A stretch of 63,926 bases of DNA, counting the filler, from an uncultured bacterium (GTDB taxonomy: Bacteria > CAYJRR01), in assembly GCA_964372275.1 (NCBI GenBank). It is 3 parts of 3 records of this genome, joined end to end, with 100 filler letters (N's around TTAATTAATTAA, not from the genome) between each part and the next. Parts side by side here need not be neighbours in the genome. Positions count along the whole stretch, not along the records: positions 1 to 26,425 come from CAYJRR010000063.1; 2 more parts are not named here. The stretch is one strand, 5' to 3'. A program made the translations under genes and the position numbers. A model generated the notes under the pieces. The model was not told where the DNA came from. It made no database searches and saw nothing but the letters and a program-made list of their open reading frames with translations. Positions 10,480 to 20,134 of this stretch are shown piece by piece (the stretch's first letter is position 1; each line of letters opens with the position of its first letter).

Positions 10480-11382
10480 GCCGTGCGCCGAAAGGAACGC
10501 CGCCAGTTCCGGCCACTCGAGGCAGAGGGACCGGAACTCTCCGCGGCGCGCAGGGCGTAGTGTGGCGAGACATCGGTCGATCTCCCCGTCGTCACGAGGC
10601 CCGGACGGCGGCGCCGCCGCGAAGGCGCGGAGGACCCACTGCCTGCGCAGGCGCGTGTAGGACATCGCGCCTTCCAACAGAGTCCAGTTCCGGTCCTGGT
10701 GCGTCCGGGCCTCCGCGCCGCGTCCTTCGCGCACGAGCAGCAACGCCTCCGAAGAAACGAGCAGCCACCTCTCGCCGTCCCACGCCGATCCGGCCCTGGC
10801 AAAGCGGCGCCGCGCCTCCTCCAGCCACCGCCGAGCTTCTCCGGTGCGACCCCGCAGCGCGAGCACCTCGACCAGGGAGATGGCGGCCAGCGCGCGAACG
10901 TGGGACTGGAAAGAAAGGCCGGACCAGCGCTCGACGCGAACGAGCGCCTCCACCGCGTCGCCGAACTCCCCTTGGAGCGTGCGCGCGGTCGCCAAGTTCC
11001 AGAGAGCGATCGGTTCGAGCGTCAACTGACCACGATATCGTCGGGCCTCGGTCCCGAACACCCGCGCCGCGTCCTCGAGGTTCCCGAGCTGGAGCGCCGC
11101 CAACCCGGGCGCCATCCGCTCGTTGAACCGGCTCGATCCGCGGAACTGCCACCACAAAAGGGCGAGTCCACCGAGGAGCGCAATCGAAACCAGGTACGGC
11201 GCACCGAGATTCGGAACGCACGCCGGACCCGACGCGCGTTCCGCGGGTGTCGTCTTCAGCACGTGGTAGCAGGCGAAAAAGCTTCCCGTCAGTACCAGCC
11301 AAAGGACGAGGGTCTTCACGAGCGGGCGGCGCGACGGAGACTCGGGCTCCGGCGAGGGCAGCAGCGGCTGAGGCTCCGGCAT
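10456..11382 (-). CDS. Membrane-anchored protein with TPR-like helical repeats
   Basis: GGGAG before ATG 11382; two N-terminal TM segments; ALWNLATARTLQGEFGDAVEAL-type TPR helices. Confidence 0.75.
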   Translation of the reverse strand: MPEPQPLLPSPEPESPSRRPLVKTLVLWLVLTGSFFACYHVLKTTPAERASGPACVPNLGAPYLVSIALLGGLALLWWQFRGSSRFNERMAPGLAALQLGNLEDAARVFGTEARRYRGQLTLEPIALWNLATARTLQGEFGDAVEALVRVERWSGLSFQSHVRALAAISLVEVLALRGRTGEARRWLEEARRRFARAGSAWDGERWLLVSSEALLLVREGRGAEARTHQDRNWTLLEGAMSYTRLRRQWVLRAFAAAPPSGPRDDGEIDRCLATLRPARRGEFRSLCLEWPELAAFLSAHGFADSTTA

Positions 11383-11508
11383 CGATCGCTCCCAGTGGTC
11401 GGTGGTGCACGATAGCGTGGTCGAAGCGGACGAGCGGGACCGATCCACCGGAACGACGACGGGCCCCGGTTCCCCGGAGCCCGCCAACTCGTCCAACTCT
11501 TCGGAATC

Positions 11509-11997
11509 TCAGCTGAAGATCTGCTCCAGCTCCTGCTCCACCTCGTCCTCGCCGGTGTCCATGGCGATCGCCAGCTCCTTGGTCAGGAGCGTGCGGGCGG
11601 TGTCGAGCATCTTCCGCTCGGAGAAGGAGAGGTCCTTGTCGAACTTGAGGAGCGACAGATCGCGCAGCACCTCGGCGATCCGCTGCACCTCGCCCGACTT
11701 GATCTTCTCCATGTACTCCCGGTAGCGGCGGTTCCACGTCTGGTGATGGTCCGACGTGATCGCCTCCCGGTCGCGAAGCGTGGCGAAGACCCGCTCCACT
11801 TCGGCGGGCGGGATGATCCGGCGCAGGCCCTTGGCGTTGTCCGCCGGGACCATGATCGTCATGTCGTTCTTCTCCAGCATGCGCAGGATGTAGAAGGTCT
11901 GCTTGCGGCCGGAGATCTCCTTCGATTCGATCCCCTGGACCACGCCGACGCCGTGCGCCGGGTAGACCGCCTTGTCGCCGACCTTGAACCTCAACAT
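11509..11997 (-). CDS. carD: CarD/CdnL family RNA polymerase-binding regulator
   Basis: FKVGDKAVYPAHGVG, WNRRYREYMEKIKSG, LSFSERKML; GGAGG Shine-Dalgarno; 162 aa with no AT-hook tail (CdnL type). Confidence 0.95.
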   Translation of the reverse strand: MLRFKVGDKAVYPAHGVGVVQGIESKEISGRKQTFYILRMLEKNDMTIMVPADNAKGLRRIIPPAEVERVFATLRDREAITSDHHQTWNRRYREYMEKIKSGEVQRIAEVLRDLSLLKFDKDLSFSERKMLDTARTLLTKELAIAMDTGEDEVEQELEQIFS

Positions 11998-12098
11998 GAA
12001 CGAACCTCCAGACCGATGGGGCGAGACCGATCCGACTCGACTCAAAGTAAGAGCTTTTTGATCGGATTCAAGCGTTCGCCGTCACTACGAGACGCGGG

Positions 12099-12127
12099 AC
12101 TCTAGCGGGTTCGACGCGTCTTGTCAA
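12099..12127 (-). promoter_or_regulatory. Sigma-70-type promoter for carD
   Basis: Minus strand reads TTGACA-17 nt-TAGAGT. Confidence 0.7.
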
Positions 12128-12187
12128 TCGGGCCGGAGCGGTGATAGGAGGTGCCGGCGCGCTCTTTCCGTACGGCGAACGCCGCGA

Positions 12188-12904
12188 ATGCCCACGCGAT
12201 TTCCGACGATTCCGCAGCACCTGGCGATCATCATGGACGGCAACGGCCGTTGGGCGGTCGCGCGCGGCCTCCCGCGCACGGCCGGCCACGAAGCGGGCGC
12301 GAAGGCGGTGCGCGCCACGGTCGAGGCGGCGCGCGAGATCGGCATCCGCTACCTCACGCTCTACGCCTTCTCGCAGGAGAACTGGTCCCGCCCCCGGCCC
12401 GAGGTCGCGGCCCTGTTCGAGCTGTTGGTCCGCTTCCTCCATTCCGAACTGCCGCTCCTCCAACGCCATCGGATCCGGCTCGGCGCCATCGGCCGGCTGG
12501 AGCGCCTTCCGGAGCCGAGCCGCGCCGAGCTCCTGCGCGTGATCGAGGCCACCCGCGCGAACGAGGAGATGACGCTGACCCTCGCCCTCTCCTACGGCGG
12601 GCGCGACGAGCTGACCGACGCCGCGCGAAGACTGGCGCGTGAGGCGAAAGCGGGCGGCCTCGACCCGGAGTCGATCACGCCGGAGACGGTCGCCGGCGCT
12701 CTCTACACCGCCGGCCTCCCCGACCCCGACCTCCTGGTGCGGACCAGCGGCGAGTGGCGGCTGTCGAACTTCCTCCTCTGGCAGGTGGCCTACACCGAGC
12801 TCTACGTCACCGATACGCCCTGGCCCGACTTCGATCGCGCCGAGCTCGATCGCGCCCTCGCCTCCTACGCCGCGCGCGAGCGCCGGTTCGGTGCGGTCCC
12901 GTGA
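12188..12904 (+). CDS. uppS: Undecaprenyl diphosphate synthase
   Basis: HLAIIMDGNGRWA, YAFSQENWSRP, DLLVRTSGEWRLSNFLLWQ, RERRFG. Confidence 0.97.
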   Translation: MPTRFPTIPQHLAIIMDGNGRWAVARGLPRTAGHEAGAKAVRATVEAAREIGIRYLTLYAFSQENWSRPRPEVAALFELLVRFLHSELPLLQRHRIRLGAIGRLERLPEPSRAELLRVIEATRANEEMTLTLALSYGGRDELTDAARRLAREAKAGGLDPESITPETVAGALYTAGLPDPDLLVRTSGEWRLSNFLLWQVAYTELYVTDTPWPDFDRAELDRALASYAARERRFGAVP

Positions 12905-13776
12905 TCCTTCGCGTCGTCACCGCCTTCGTCGCGCTGGCGGTCGTACTTCCGGTCCTCTTCTTCGGCGGGGTCCCCGGAATCCAGGCGCTGTGTCTCGCCG
13001 CCGCGGCCCTCGGGCTCTGGGAGTACGGCAACCTGCGAGCGCCCCCCGCCGGCCGTGGCAATCGCCTGTTCGCCATCGCGCTCGCCTGGCTTCCGATCCT
13101 CGCCGCGGGGATTCCGGACGGCGGCGCCGGCCACTCGTCCGCGGAGTGGATGCTCCTCGCCCTGGGGATCTCGTTCCTGGCGATTCCGATCCAGGCGGTC
13201 CTCCGTCCACGGGAGATCGAGACCGCCCCCTCCCGCATCGCGGCGACCCTGTTCGGCGTCGTCTACCTCGGCTTCACCCTTTCCTGCGCCGTGAAGCTCC
13301 GCACGGTCGGCGGCGAAGACGGACTCTTGTGGGTCGTGCTCGCGCTGGCCGTCGTCTTCCTGGGGGACACCGGGGCCTACGCCGGCGGGCGCGCGCTCGG
13401 GCGCCACAAGCTGCACCCGCGCGTCTCCCCCGGGAAGACCTGGGAAGGGGCGGTCGCCGGGATGGCCGCCTCGATCGGGGCGGCGCTGGCGGCGCGCGCC
13501 GTCTACGCCCACTTCGGGTGGTGGGGCGCGGAGATCCCCGGTCCGCTCCGCGTGGCGGCGGTCGGAGCGGTGGGCGGCCTGTTCGGCCAGCTGGGGGACC
13601 TGGCCGAGTCGCTGCTGAAGCGCGCCGCCGGGGTGAAGGATTCGGGGACGCTCTTCCCCGGTCACGGCGGGATGCTCGATCGGATCGACGCGTTGCTGTT
13701 CGCGCTTCCGGCGATATATTTCACCCTCGTCTTCTCCGAAACCCTCCACGCCGCCCTCGCGGGACCGTCCGTCTGA
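12901..13776 (+). CDS. cdsA: Phosphatidate cytidylyltransferase
   Basis: GTGA overlap with uppS; DTGAY, SPGKTWEG, GDLAESLLKRAAGVKDSGTLFPGHGGMLDRID. Confidence 0.96.
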   Translation: MILRVVTAFVALAVVLPVLFFGGVPGIQALCLAAAALGLWEYGNLRAPPAGRGNRLFAIALAWLPILAAGIPDGGAGHSSAEWMLLALGISFLAIPIQAVLRPREIETAPSRIAATLFGVVYLGFTLSCAVKLRTVGGEDGLLWVVLALAVVFLGDTGAYAGGRALGRHKLHPRVSPGKTWEGAVAGMAASIGAALAARAVYAHFGWWGAEIPGPLRVAAVGAVGGLFGQLGDLAESLLKRAAGVKDSGTLFPGHGGMLDRIDALLFALPAIYFTLVFSETLHAALAGPSV

Positions 13777-14966
13777 CCTCCGCCCCTCGCCGCGTCACCG
13801 TCCTCGGCTCGACCGGCTCGGTCGGACGGCAGACGCTCGCCGTCATCGCCCGCTACCCGGAGCGGTTCCGCGCCGTCGCGCTCGCCGCCGGGCGGAACGT
13901 CGAGCGGCTCGCCGAGCAGGTGGCGCAGGCGCGGCCGGAGGCGGTTTCGGTCGCGGACGGCGCGGCCGCCGACGCGCTCGCCGCCCTCCTCGCGACCCTC
14001 CCCCCCGAGGTGCCGCGACCGGCGATCGTGCACGGCGAGACGGGGGCGATGCAGATCGCGCGCGCCGAGTGCGACCGGGTCGTCTCGGCGATCGTCGGGA
14101 CGGCCGGTCTCTCCCCCACCCTGGCCGCCGTCGAGGCCGGACGCGACGTGGCGCTCGCCAACAAAGAGGCGCTGGTGATGGCCGGTGCGCTCGTCACCGC
14201 CGCCGCCGCGCGAAGCGGAAGCCGGATCCTGCCGGTCGACTCCGAGCACTCCGCGCTCCACCAGCTGCTCGCCGGGCGCGGGCCGGAGGAGGTTGCGCGG
14301 CTCGTCCTCACCGCGTCGGGGGGGCCGTTCCTCGACGCCAGCCGCGCGGAGCTCGAGGCGATCACCCCCGAGCGCGCGCGCCGGCATCCGCGGTGGGAGA
14401 TGGGGGCCAAGATCTCGGTCGACTCCTCCACCCTGCTGAACAAGGGGCTCGAGGTGATGGAGGCCGCCTGGCTGTTCGGGCTTCCCGTCTCGCGGATCGG
14501 GGTGGTGATCCATCCGGAGGCGATCGTCCACGGTCTGGTGGAGATGACCGACGGCACGACCCTGGCGCAGCTCGCGCCCCCCGACATGGCGTTGCCGATC
14601 GGCTACGCCCTCGGCTGGCCCGAGCGGGTGCCGTCGCTCGTCCGGCCGGCGAACCTCGCCTCCCTCGGGACGCTCTCCTTCCGCGAGCCCGACGACGCGC
14701 GGTTCCCCGCCCTCGGAATCGCGGCGCGCGCGGCGGCGGCGGGCGGGACGGCGCCGACGCTCCTGGTCGCCGCCGACGAAGTGGCGGTCGAGGCGTTCCT
14801 CGCGGGACGAATCCCGTTCTCCGCGATTCCACGCCTGCTTGCCGACGTGCTGGAGTCGGAAGCTTCCACCGCGCTACGATCGCTGGAGGACGTGCGCGAG
14901 GCGGAACGGGCCGCCACGCGGATCGCGCGGCAGCGGATCGACGGTGTACGGGCGCGGAGGGCCTGA
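13773..14966 (+). CDS. dxr: 1-deoxy-D-xylulose 5-phosphate reductoisomerase
   Basis: LGSTGSVG, LANKEALV, PVDSEHSA, LTASGGPF, HPRWEMGAKISVDS, NKGLEVMEA. Start placed at a CTG overlapping the cdsA stop. Confidence 0.95.
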   Translation: MTSAPRRVTVLGSTGSVGRQTLAVIARYPERFRAVALAAGRNVERLAEQVAQARPEAVSVADGAAADALAALLATLPPEVPRPAIVHGETGAMQIARAECDRVVSAIVGTAGLSPTLAAVEAGRDVALANKEALVMAGALVTAAAARSGSRILPVDSEHSALHQLLAGRGPEEVARLVLTASGGPFLDASRAELEAITPERARRHPRWEMGAKISVDSSTLLNKGLEVMEAAWLFGLPVSRIGVVIHPEAIVHGLVEMTDGTTLAQLAPPDMALPIGYALGWPERVPSLVRPANLASLGTLSFREPDDARFPALGIAARAAAAGGTAPTLLVAADEVAVEAFLAGRIPFSAIPRLLADVLESEASTALRSLEDVREAERAATRIARQRIDGVRARRA

Positions 14967-14969
14967 TCG

Positions 14970-16643
14970 ATGACCTGGCTCGTCACCTACATCGTCCCCT
15001 TCGTCATCCTGCTCGGCGTGCTGGTCTTCGTCCACGAGGCCGGTCACTTCCTGACCGCGAAGTACTTCCGCATCGTCGTCGAGAAGTTCTCGATCGGCTT
15101 CGGCCCGCGCATCTTCGGCACCAAGGTCGGCGACACCGAATACCGCCTGGCGTGGATCCCGCTCGGCGGCTACGTGAAGATGGTCGGCGACGACCCGCGG
15201 GACGACGACGCCCGGGACCTTCCGGGCTCGTTCCTGGGCGCGCCCCTATGGAAGCGGATGCTGGTGGTGCTCGCCGGACCGGCGGTGAACCTGATCCTGC
15301 CGGTCTTCATCCTCGCCGGCGTCTACATGGTCGGGAAGGAGCACCCGGCGCCGTGGGTCGGCACCGTCGGCCGCAACTCCCCCGCCGAACGCGCCGGTCT
15401 CCGCGCCGGCGACGAGATCGTCGCCGTCAACGGCGTCCCCGTCACCAAGTGGGACGACATGACCGAGCGCATCCGGCAAAAGAGGGAGCCGGTGGAGCTG
15501 ACGGTGTCGCGCGACGGGGAGCGCCGCGTCTTCACCATGACCCCCGAGCTGCGCACGGGGGTCAACGAGTTCGGGGTGAAGGGCCCGACGTTGATCATCG
15601 GGATCACACAGTCGGCGCCGGCGCCGGTGATCGCCCCCCCGGCCGGATCGGCGGCCGAGCGCGCGGGCTTGAAGCTGGGCGACCGCCTGACGAGGATCGG
15701 CGACCGGACGATCGACTACCGGCTCGACCTGGCGACGGCGGTGGCGGCGCTCGCGCCGGGGCGCGCGGTGGAGGTCGAGGTGACGCGCCGCGCGCCGATC
15801 CCCTCCGACCCACAGGCGCGCGCCAAGGCGATCGAGGCGGCGCCGCAGAAGGTCACGGTGAACCTGATCGTGCCCGACACGGCCGCGGAACCGGTGACCC
15901 CCGAAGCGGTCGGATTCGAGCCGGGCGACCTGGTCGTCTCCCGGGTGGAGCCCGACTCGCCGGCGGAGATCGCCGGGATCCGGCCGGGCGATCGGATCGT
16001 CGCCTCCGGGTCGGTCGTCTTCGGCAGCGAGCTCGATTTCAACACCTGGCTCGACCAGGAGGCGGGGGCCAAGCCGAATCCGCTGACGTTGCTACGCGAC
16101 GGCCAGACGGTGGAGACGACCCTCACGCCGGTGACGCGCAGCGAACGGATCACCGGCTCCTCGCGCACCGAAGAGTCGATCTGGGCGGGGCTGGCGCTTC
16201 ACGCGCAACAGGAGTGGGGGAAGACCGTCGTCGAGCGTTACCGGAATCCGTTCCGCGCCCTCGCCGCCGGCGTCCACGGCACGGTCGACGTGATCGCGAT
16301 GAACGTCCGCGCCTTCCGCAAGATCTTCACCGGGGAGCTGTCGGCGCGCGATTCGATCGGAGGCCCGATCGCCATCGCCCACGTCGCCGGGCTCGCCGCG
16401 AAGGCCGGGGTGGCGGCCTTCATCGAGGTCCTGGTGCACATGTCGGTGATCCTGGGGCTGATGAACCTGCTCCCGATCCCGGTGCTCGACGGCGGCCACC
16501 TCGCCTTCTTCACGATCGAAGCGATCCTCCGGCGCCCGCCGTCGATCCGCGTACGCGAGATCGCCCAGCAGGCCGGCCTCCTCCTCCTCCTCGCCGTGAT
16601 GGCCTTCGTCCTGGTGAACGACGTCGTCACCCGCGTCTTCTGA
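14970..16643 (+). CDS. rseP: RIP metalloprotease RseP with three PDZ-like repeats
   Basis: HEAGH, FSIGFGP, PLGGYVKM, AGPAVN, NLLPIPVLDGGH; three SPAERAGL..GD-type motifs. Confidence 0.96.
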   Translation: MTWLVTYIVPFVILLGVLVFVHEAGHFLTAKYFRIVVEKFSIGFGPRIFGTKVGDTEYRLAWIPLGGYVKMVGDDPRDDDARDLPGSFLGAPLWKRMLVVLAGPAVNLILPVFILAGVYMVGKEHPAPWVGTVGRNSPAERAGLRAGDEIVAVNGVPVTKWDDMTERIRQKREPVELTVSRDGERRVFTMTPELRTGVNEFGVKGPTLIIGITQSAPAPVIAPPAGSAAERAGLKLGDRLTRIGDRTIDYRLDLATAVAALAPGRAVEVEVTRRAPIPSDPQARAKAIEAAPQKVTVNLIVPDTAAEPVTPEAVGFEPGDLVVSRVEPDSPAEIAGIRPGDRIVASGSVVFGSELDFNTWLDQEAGAKPNPLTLLRDGQTVETTLTPVTRSERITGSSRTEESIWAGLALHAQQEWGKTVVERYRNPFRALAAGVHGTVDVIAMNVRAFRKIFTGELSARDSIGGPIAIAHVAGLAAKAGVAAFIEVLVHMSVILGLMNLLPIPVLDGGHLAFFTIEAILRRPPSIRVREIAQQAGLLLLLAVMAFVLVNDVVTRVF

Positions 16644-16647
16644 CGCC

Positions 16648-17427
16648 GTGCGGATCCTCGCCGCCGATACCTCCACCGCCGCAGGAAGTATCGCCCTCGC
16701 CGAGCTCCCCCCCTTGCAAGGCCGCTCCGACGTCGCGTCGATGGACGCGGTGCGCATCCTCGTCGAACGCAGCTGGAGCCTCGCCCCGGCCGGCGCCGTC
16801 CCCTCCCCCGCCGCCCCGAACCACAGCGCGCGCTTCGTCGACGAGGTCGAGGAGATCCTCCGCTCCGCGGGGCTCGGGGCCGCCGACCTCGACGGCCTGG
16901 CCTGCGCCGTCGGGCCCGGCTCCTTCACCGGCGTGCGCGTCTCGCTCGCCGCGATGCAGGGGATTGCGCTCGCGCGCGGGCTGCCGCTCGCCGGCGTCTC
17001 GACCCTCGAGGCGCTGGCCTGGAACGCGCCGTTCTGCGCGCGACGCATCGTCCCGCTGCTCGATGCCCGAAAAGGGGAGCTCTACGCCGCCGAGTTCGAG
17101 TGCGGCCCGGATGGAAAGCCTTGCCGGATCCGCGACGACGCCGTCGTCCCCCCCGAGCCGTTCTTCACGGAGTTGGCCGAAGCCTGCCGGCCGGTGCTCC
17201 TGGTCGGCGACGGAGGGCACGCCTACGCCGCGCTGGTGGAGCGGATCCTCGGCGGCGCCGCCGCGTCGCTCGACGGATCGGCCGCGCTGCCGCGCGCCGG
17301 CAACGTCGCCCGCCTGGCCGCCGCCGCGCTTCGCGCCGGCCCGCGCGAGTCGCTCGATCCGTCGCGCATCGCCCCCCGCTACCTGCGCCCGGTCGAGCGG
17401 GAGTGGAAGCGTCCCGGCGGCGGCTAG
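16648..17427 (+). CDS. tsaB: tRNA threonylcarbamoyladenosine biosynthesis protein TsaB
   Basis: ILAADTST, GPGSFTGVRV, VSTLEALA, DARKGELY, PRYLR. Confidence 0.95.
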   Translation: MRILAADTSTAAGSIALAELPPLQGRSDVASMDAVRILVERSWSLAPAGAVPSPAAPNHSARFVDEVEEILRSAGLGAADLDGLACAVGPGSFTGVRVSLAAMQGIALARGLPLAGVSTLEALAWNAPFCARRIVPLLDARKGELYAAEFECGPDGKPCRIRDDAVVPPEPFFTELAEACRPVLLVGDGGHAYAALVERILGGAAASLDGSAALPRAGNVARLAAAALRAGPRESLDPSRIAPRYLRPVEREWKRPGGG

Positions 17428-18071
17428 GGTCGCAGGAACGTCGCGCCGTCGCGCCGCGGAGTCGAGACCTCGGAGGTCGCCGCGCTGCCGAGCGTCGAGC
17501 TGGCGAGGACCATCGCCGGGCGGTCGGCCGTCGCCACGATCTCGACCGGAGTCCGGGGGCCGTTCGCCATCGTCGCCGCGCCGCGGCCGACGTTCACACC
17601 GGCGGAGTTCGTGGGCTGCGTCGCCGTCGGGCTCTGGGACCCGCCGCCGAAGAGGCTGCGCAGACCGGAGTAGATCCAGATCGCCTGGCCGACGGCGGTG
17701 AAGAAGGTCGCGACGGCGTTCCAGCCGCGGCGCAGCGATCCCCCGAAGCCGCCCCCGCTGCCCGATTCGGTCGACGGCTGGTTGAACGGACCGCGGCCGT
17801 CGCTGCCGGTCGTCCCGTGGGGCGAGCGCGGTCCTCGCGGGCCGTTCTCGCCGGGGGTGAAGGGGCCGGTCCCGCGGTTGTCGTTCGGTCCGCCCGGCGA
17901 GTAGGGGCCGGTGGGGTTGCCGTCGACGCCGGGGGTGAACGGACCGCTGCGCCCGCCTCCGCCTCGCCCGCCGAAGCCGCCGGCCGGAGGGTCGTCGGCG
18001 AACGCCGGCGCCCCCACCAGGTTCAACGACACCGCCACCGTCAACGCCGCCCAGACCGAACCACGTCGCAT
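17424..18071 (-). CDS. Secreted Gly/Pro-rich repeat protein with an internal amphipathic helix
   Basis: Signal peptide AFA|DD; repeats GPFTPG, GPYSPG, GPFTPG, GPRSP, GPFNQP; helix GWNAVATFFTAVGQAIWIYSGLRSLFG. Confidence 0.7.
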   Translation of the reverse strand: MRRGSVWAALTVAVSLNLVGAPAFADDPPAGGFGGRGGGGRSGPFTPGVDGNPTGPYSPGGPNDNRGTGPFTPGENGPRGPRSPHGTTGSDGRGPFNQPSTESGSGGGFGGSLRRGWNAVATFFTAVGQAIWIYSGLRSLFGGGSQSPTATQPTNSAGVNVGRGAATMANGPRTPVEIVATADRPAMVLASSTLGSAATSEVSTPRRDGATFLRP

Positions 18072-18233
18072 GTACGACCCCCGTGAGTGGACCCCACGGA
18101 CCGTGCAATCACCGGACCGGACACATCGGAGCGAACTACTCGATTTTGCAGGGGGTTCCGCCGACGGGGCGCGACAACAATTCCGCGATGGGACAGCGGC
18201 ACCTCAAGGGGCGTGTCCGGCCGGCCCGGCGGG

Positions 18234-19250
18234 TCAGTCGTGGACCAGCTCGGTGGCGAACTCGACCGTCCCGTTCTGGTCGAGCATCTCGATCTGGATC
18301 TTCTCTTCGGTGACGACGACGTAGGTGAAGCCGATCGTGTCCTTCTGGAACAGCGACGGATTCGACCCCAGCAGATCGGTCGTCTTGGCGCCGGCGCCGG
18401 AGACGACGAACAGGCCCGGGCAAGTGGAGGTGCCCGGCAGCACCTGCCGGCTGTGGTCGTGCCCCGAGAGGTACAGGTCGACGCGGCCGCAGAGCGTCTC
18501 CTCGAAGAACGACTTCACGTTCGCCCCGTTGGCGATCGGGATCCCGCCGGCGTTGTCGTAGTTCCCCGCGTTGCCGTGCTTGCCGTTCGAGATGTAGGGG
18601 TGGTGCGCGAAGGCGATCTTCCACGGCCGCACGCTGCCCTCGAGCATCACGCGGAAGTAGTCCCCCTGCGTCTCGACGGCGTCGTCGTGGTTCCAGAGGA
18701 TCAGGTTGGTGCTGGGGACGACGAAGAGCGCGTCCCCTTCGTCGAAGGCGTAGTACTCGGCGGGGAGCACGTAGTTCGCGTGCTGCAGCGAGTAGTCGAC
18801 CTGGAACGCGCCGCGCTCGAACTGGTAGCCGGCCCCATCGCCGCCGTAGTCGTGATTGCCGAGCGCCACGTAGAAGGGGAAGCCGAGCTCGCCGTACGGT
18901 TCCTGGAACTTCGTCTCGAACTGCGGATCGTCGGCCGAGGTGACCCCCGAATCGTAGAAGTTGTCACCGAGCAGCAGGCCGAAGTCGCACCCGTCGGCCT
19001 CGCACTTCGCCTTGATCGCCATCGAGATCAGGAACTGGTTCTCCGACGCGGTGCCGGTGTCGCCGAGCGCCACGAAGCGGATCGGCTCGCCCGGCGGCGT
19101 GTTCGGCGTGGGGGTCGGCCGCGAGCCGTCGTCGTCGTCGTCGCCGGCCGTCTCGCCACCGGTCTGGATCCCGCCGGTGCCGCACGCGACGGCCACCACC
19201 CCCACCACGGCCGCCACCAGAGCCGATCGGAAACGGAGCGAAGCGCCCAT
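18234..19250 (-). CDS. Calcineurin-like metallophosphoesterase (purple/tartrate-resistant acid phosphatase-like), lipoprotein
   Basis: Lipobox AVAC; GDTG, GDNFY, GNHDY, AHHP, GHDH. Confidence 0.92.
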   Translation of the reverse strand: MGASLRFRSALVAAVVGVVAVACGTGGIQTGGETAGDDDDDGSRPTPTPNTPPGEPIRFVALGDTGTASENQFLISMAIKAKCEADGCDFGLLLGDNFYDSGVTSADDPQFETKFQEPYGELGFPFYVALGNHDYGGDGAGYQFERGAFQVDYSLQHANYVLPAEYYAFDEGDALFVVPSTNLILWNHDDAVETQGDYFRVMLEGSVRPWKIAFAHHPYISNGKHGNAGNYDNAGGIPIANGANVKSFFEETLCGRVDLYLSGHDHSRQVLPGTSTCPGLFVVSGAGAKTTDLLGSNPSLFQKDTIGFTYVVVTEEKIQIEMLDQNGTVEFATELVHD

Positions 19251-19392
19251 CCCACCCTCCCGAGTGAACGGCTTTCCTAGCACGTTTGCCGCCGGCGACG
19301 CCAGCCTCCAGAACGGATCGGATCCGGGCGGATCCGGGTCGCTTGCCGGCGAGACGGGGTTCCGCTTGAATGCCCGCCAGATGGCCGCCTCG

Positions 19393-20118
19393 ATGACCGA
19401 GACCCAGGACGACGCCGCGCCCCGCCCGGTCGAGATCGCCGGAGGGGGTGGATTTCCGATCTGCCTGGAGGGGATCCCCTACGTCGGGTTCGGTCTCCTC
19501 GTCGGGGGGTTGGTCGGGGTGCTGGTGCACCCGTGGGGGGCCCTCCCCTTTCTGGCGTTCGCGCTGTTCAGCGCCTGGTTCTTCCGCAATCCGACCCGGA
19601 ACGTCCCCACGGTCCCGGGGGCGGTGCTGGCGCCGGCGGACGGCGTCGTCTGCCAGGTGACGGAGGTCGAGGAGACGGAGCACCTGGGCCAGCGGACGGT
19701 TCGCCTGTCGATCTTCATGAGCCTGCTGAACGTGCACGTCAACCGTGCGCCCGTCGCAGGAAGAGTGGTGGCGACGAAGCACGTGCCGGGACGGTTCCGC
19801 ATCGCGTCGGCCGACAAGGCAAGCGAGGAGAACGAGCGCAACAGCATCCTGCTCGAGACGGCGGGCGGGCGCCGGCTCCTGTTCGTCCAGATCGCCGGGT
19901 CGATCGCGCGGCGCATCCTCTGCTACGCCCGCCCGGGGGACCGTCTCGCGGCCGGTCAGCGTTTCGGGCTGATTCGATTCGGGTCCCGCGTCGACGTATA
20001 CTTTCCGAGGGGTTCGACGCTGACGAAGAAGGTCGGAGACCGCGTGGTCGGCGGGGAGACGGTCCTGGGGACGCTCCCCACCACGGGGGACCCGGGGTTC
20101 GGGGAGGCCCCGAGGTAG
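19393..20118 (+). CDS. psd: Phosphatidylserine decarboxylase proenzyme
   Basis: FFRNP, APADG, SIFMSLLNVHVNRAP, NERN, QIAG, FGSRVD autocleavage motif. Alternative start at 19381. Confidence 0.95.
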   Translation: MTETQDDAAPRPVEIAGGGGFPICLEGIPYVGFGLLVGGLVGVLVHPWGALPFLAFALFSAWFFRNPTRNVPTVPGAVLAPADGVVCQVTEVEETEHLGQRTVRLSIFMSLLNVHVNRAPVAGRVVATKHVPGRFRIASADKASEENERNSILLETAGGRRLLFVQIAGSIARRILCYARPGDRLAAGQRFGLIRFGSRVDVYFPRGSTLTKKVGDRVVGGETVLGTLPTTGDPGFGEAPR

Positions 20119-20134
20119 CCCGAAGGGCGCAACG

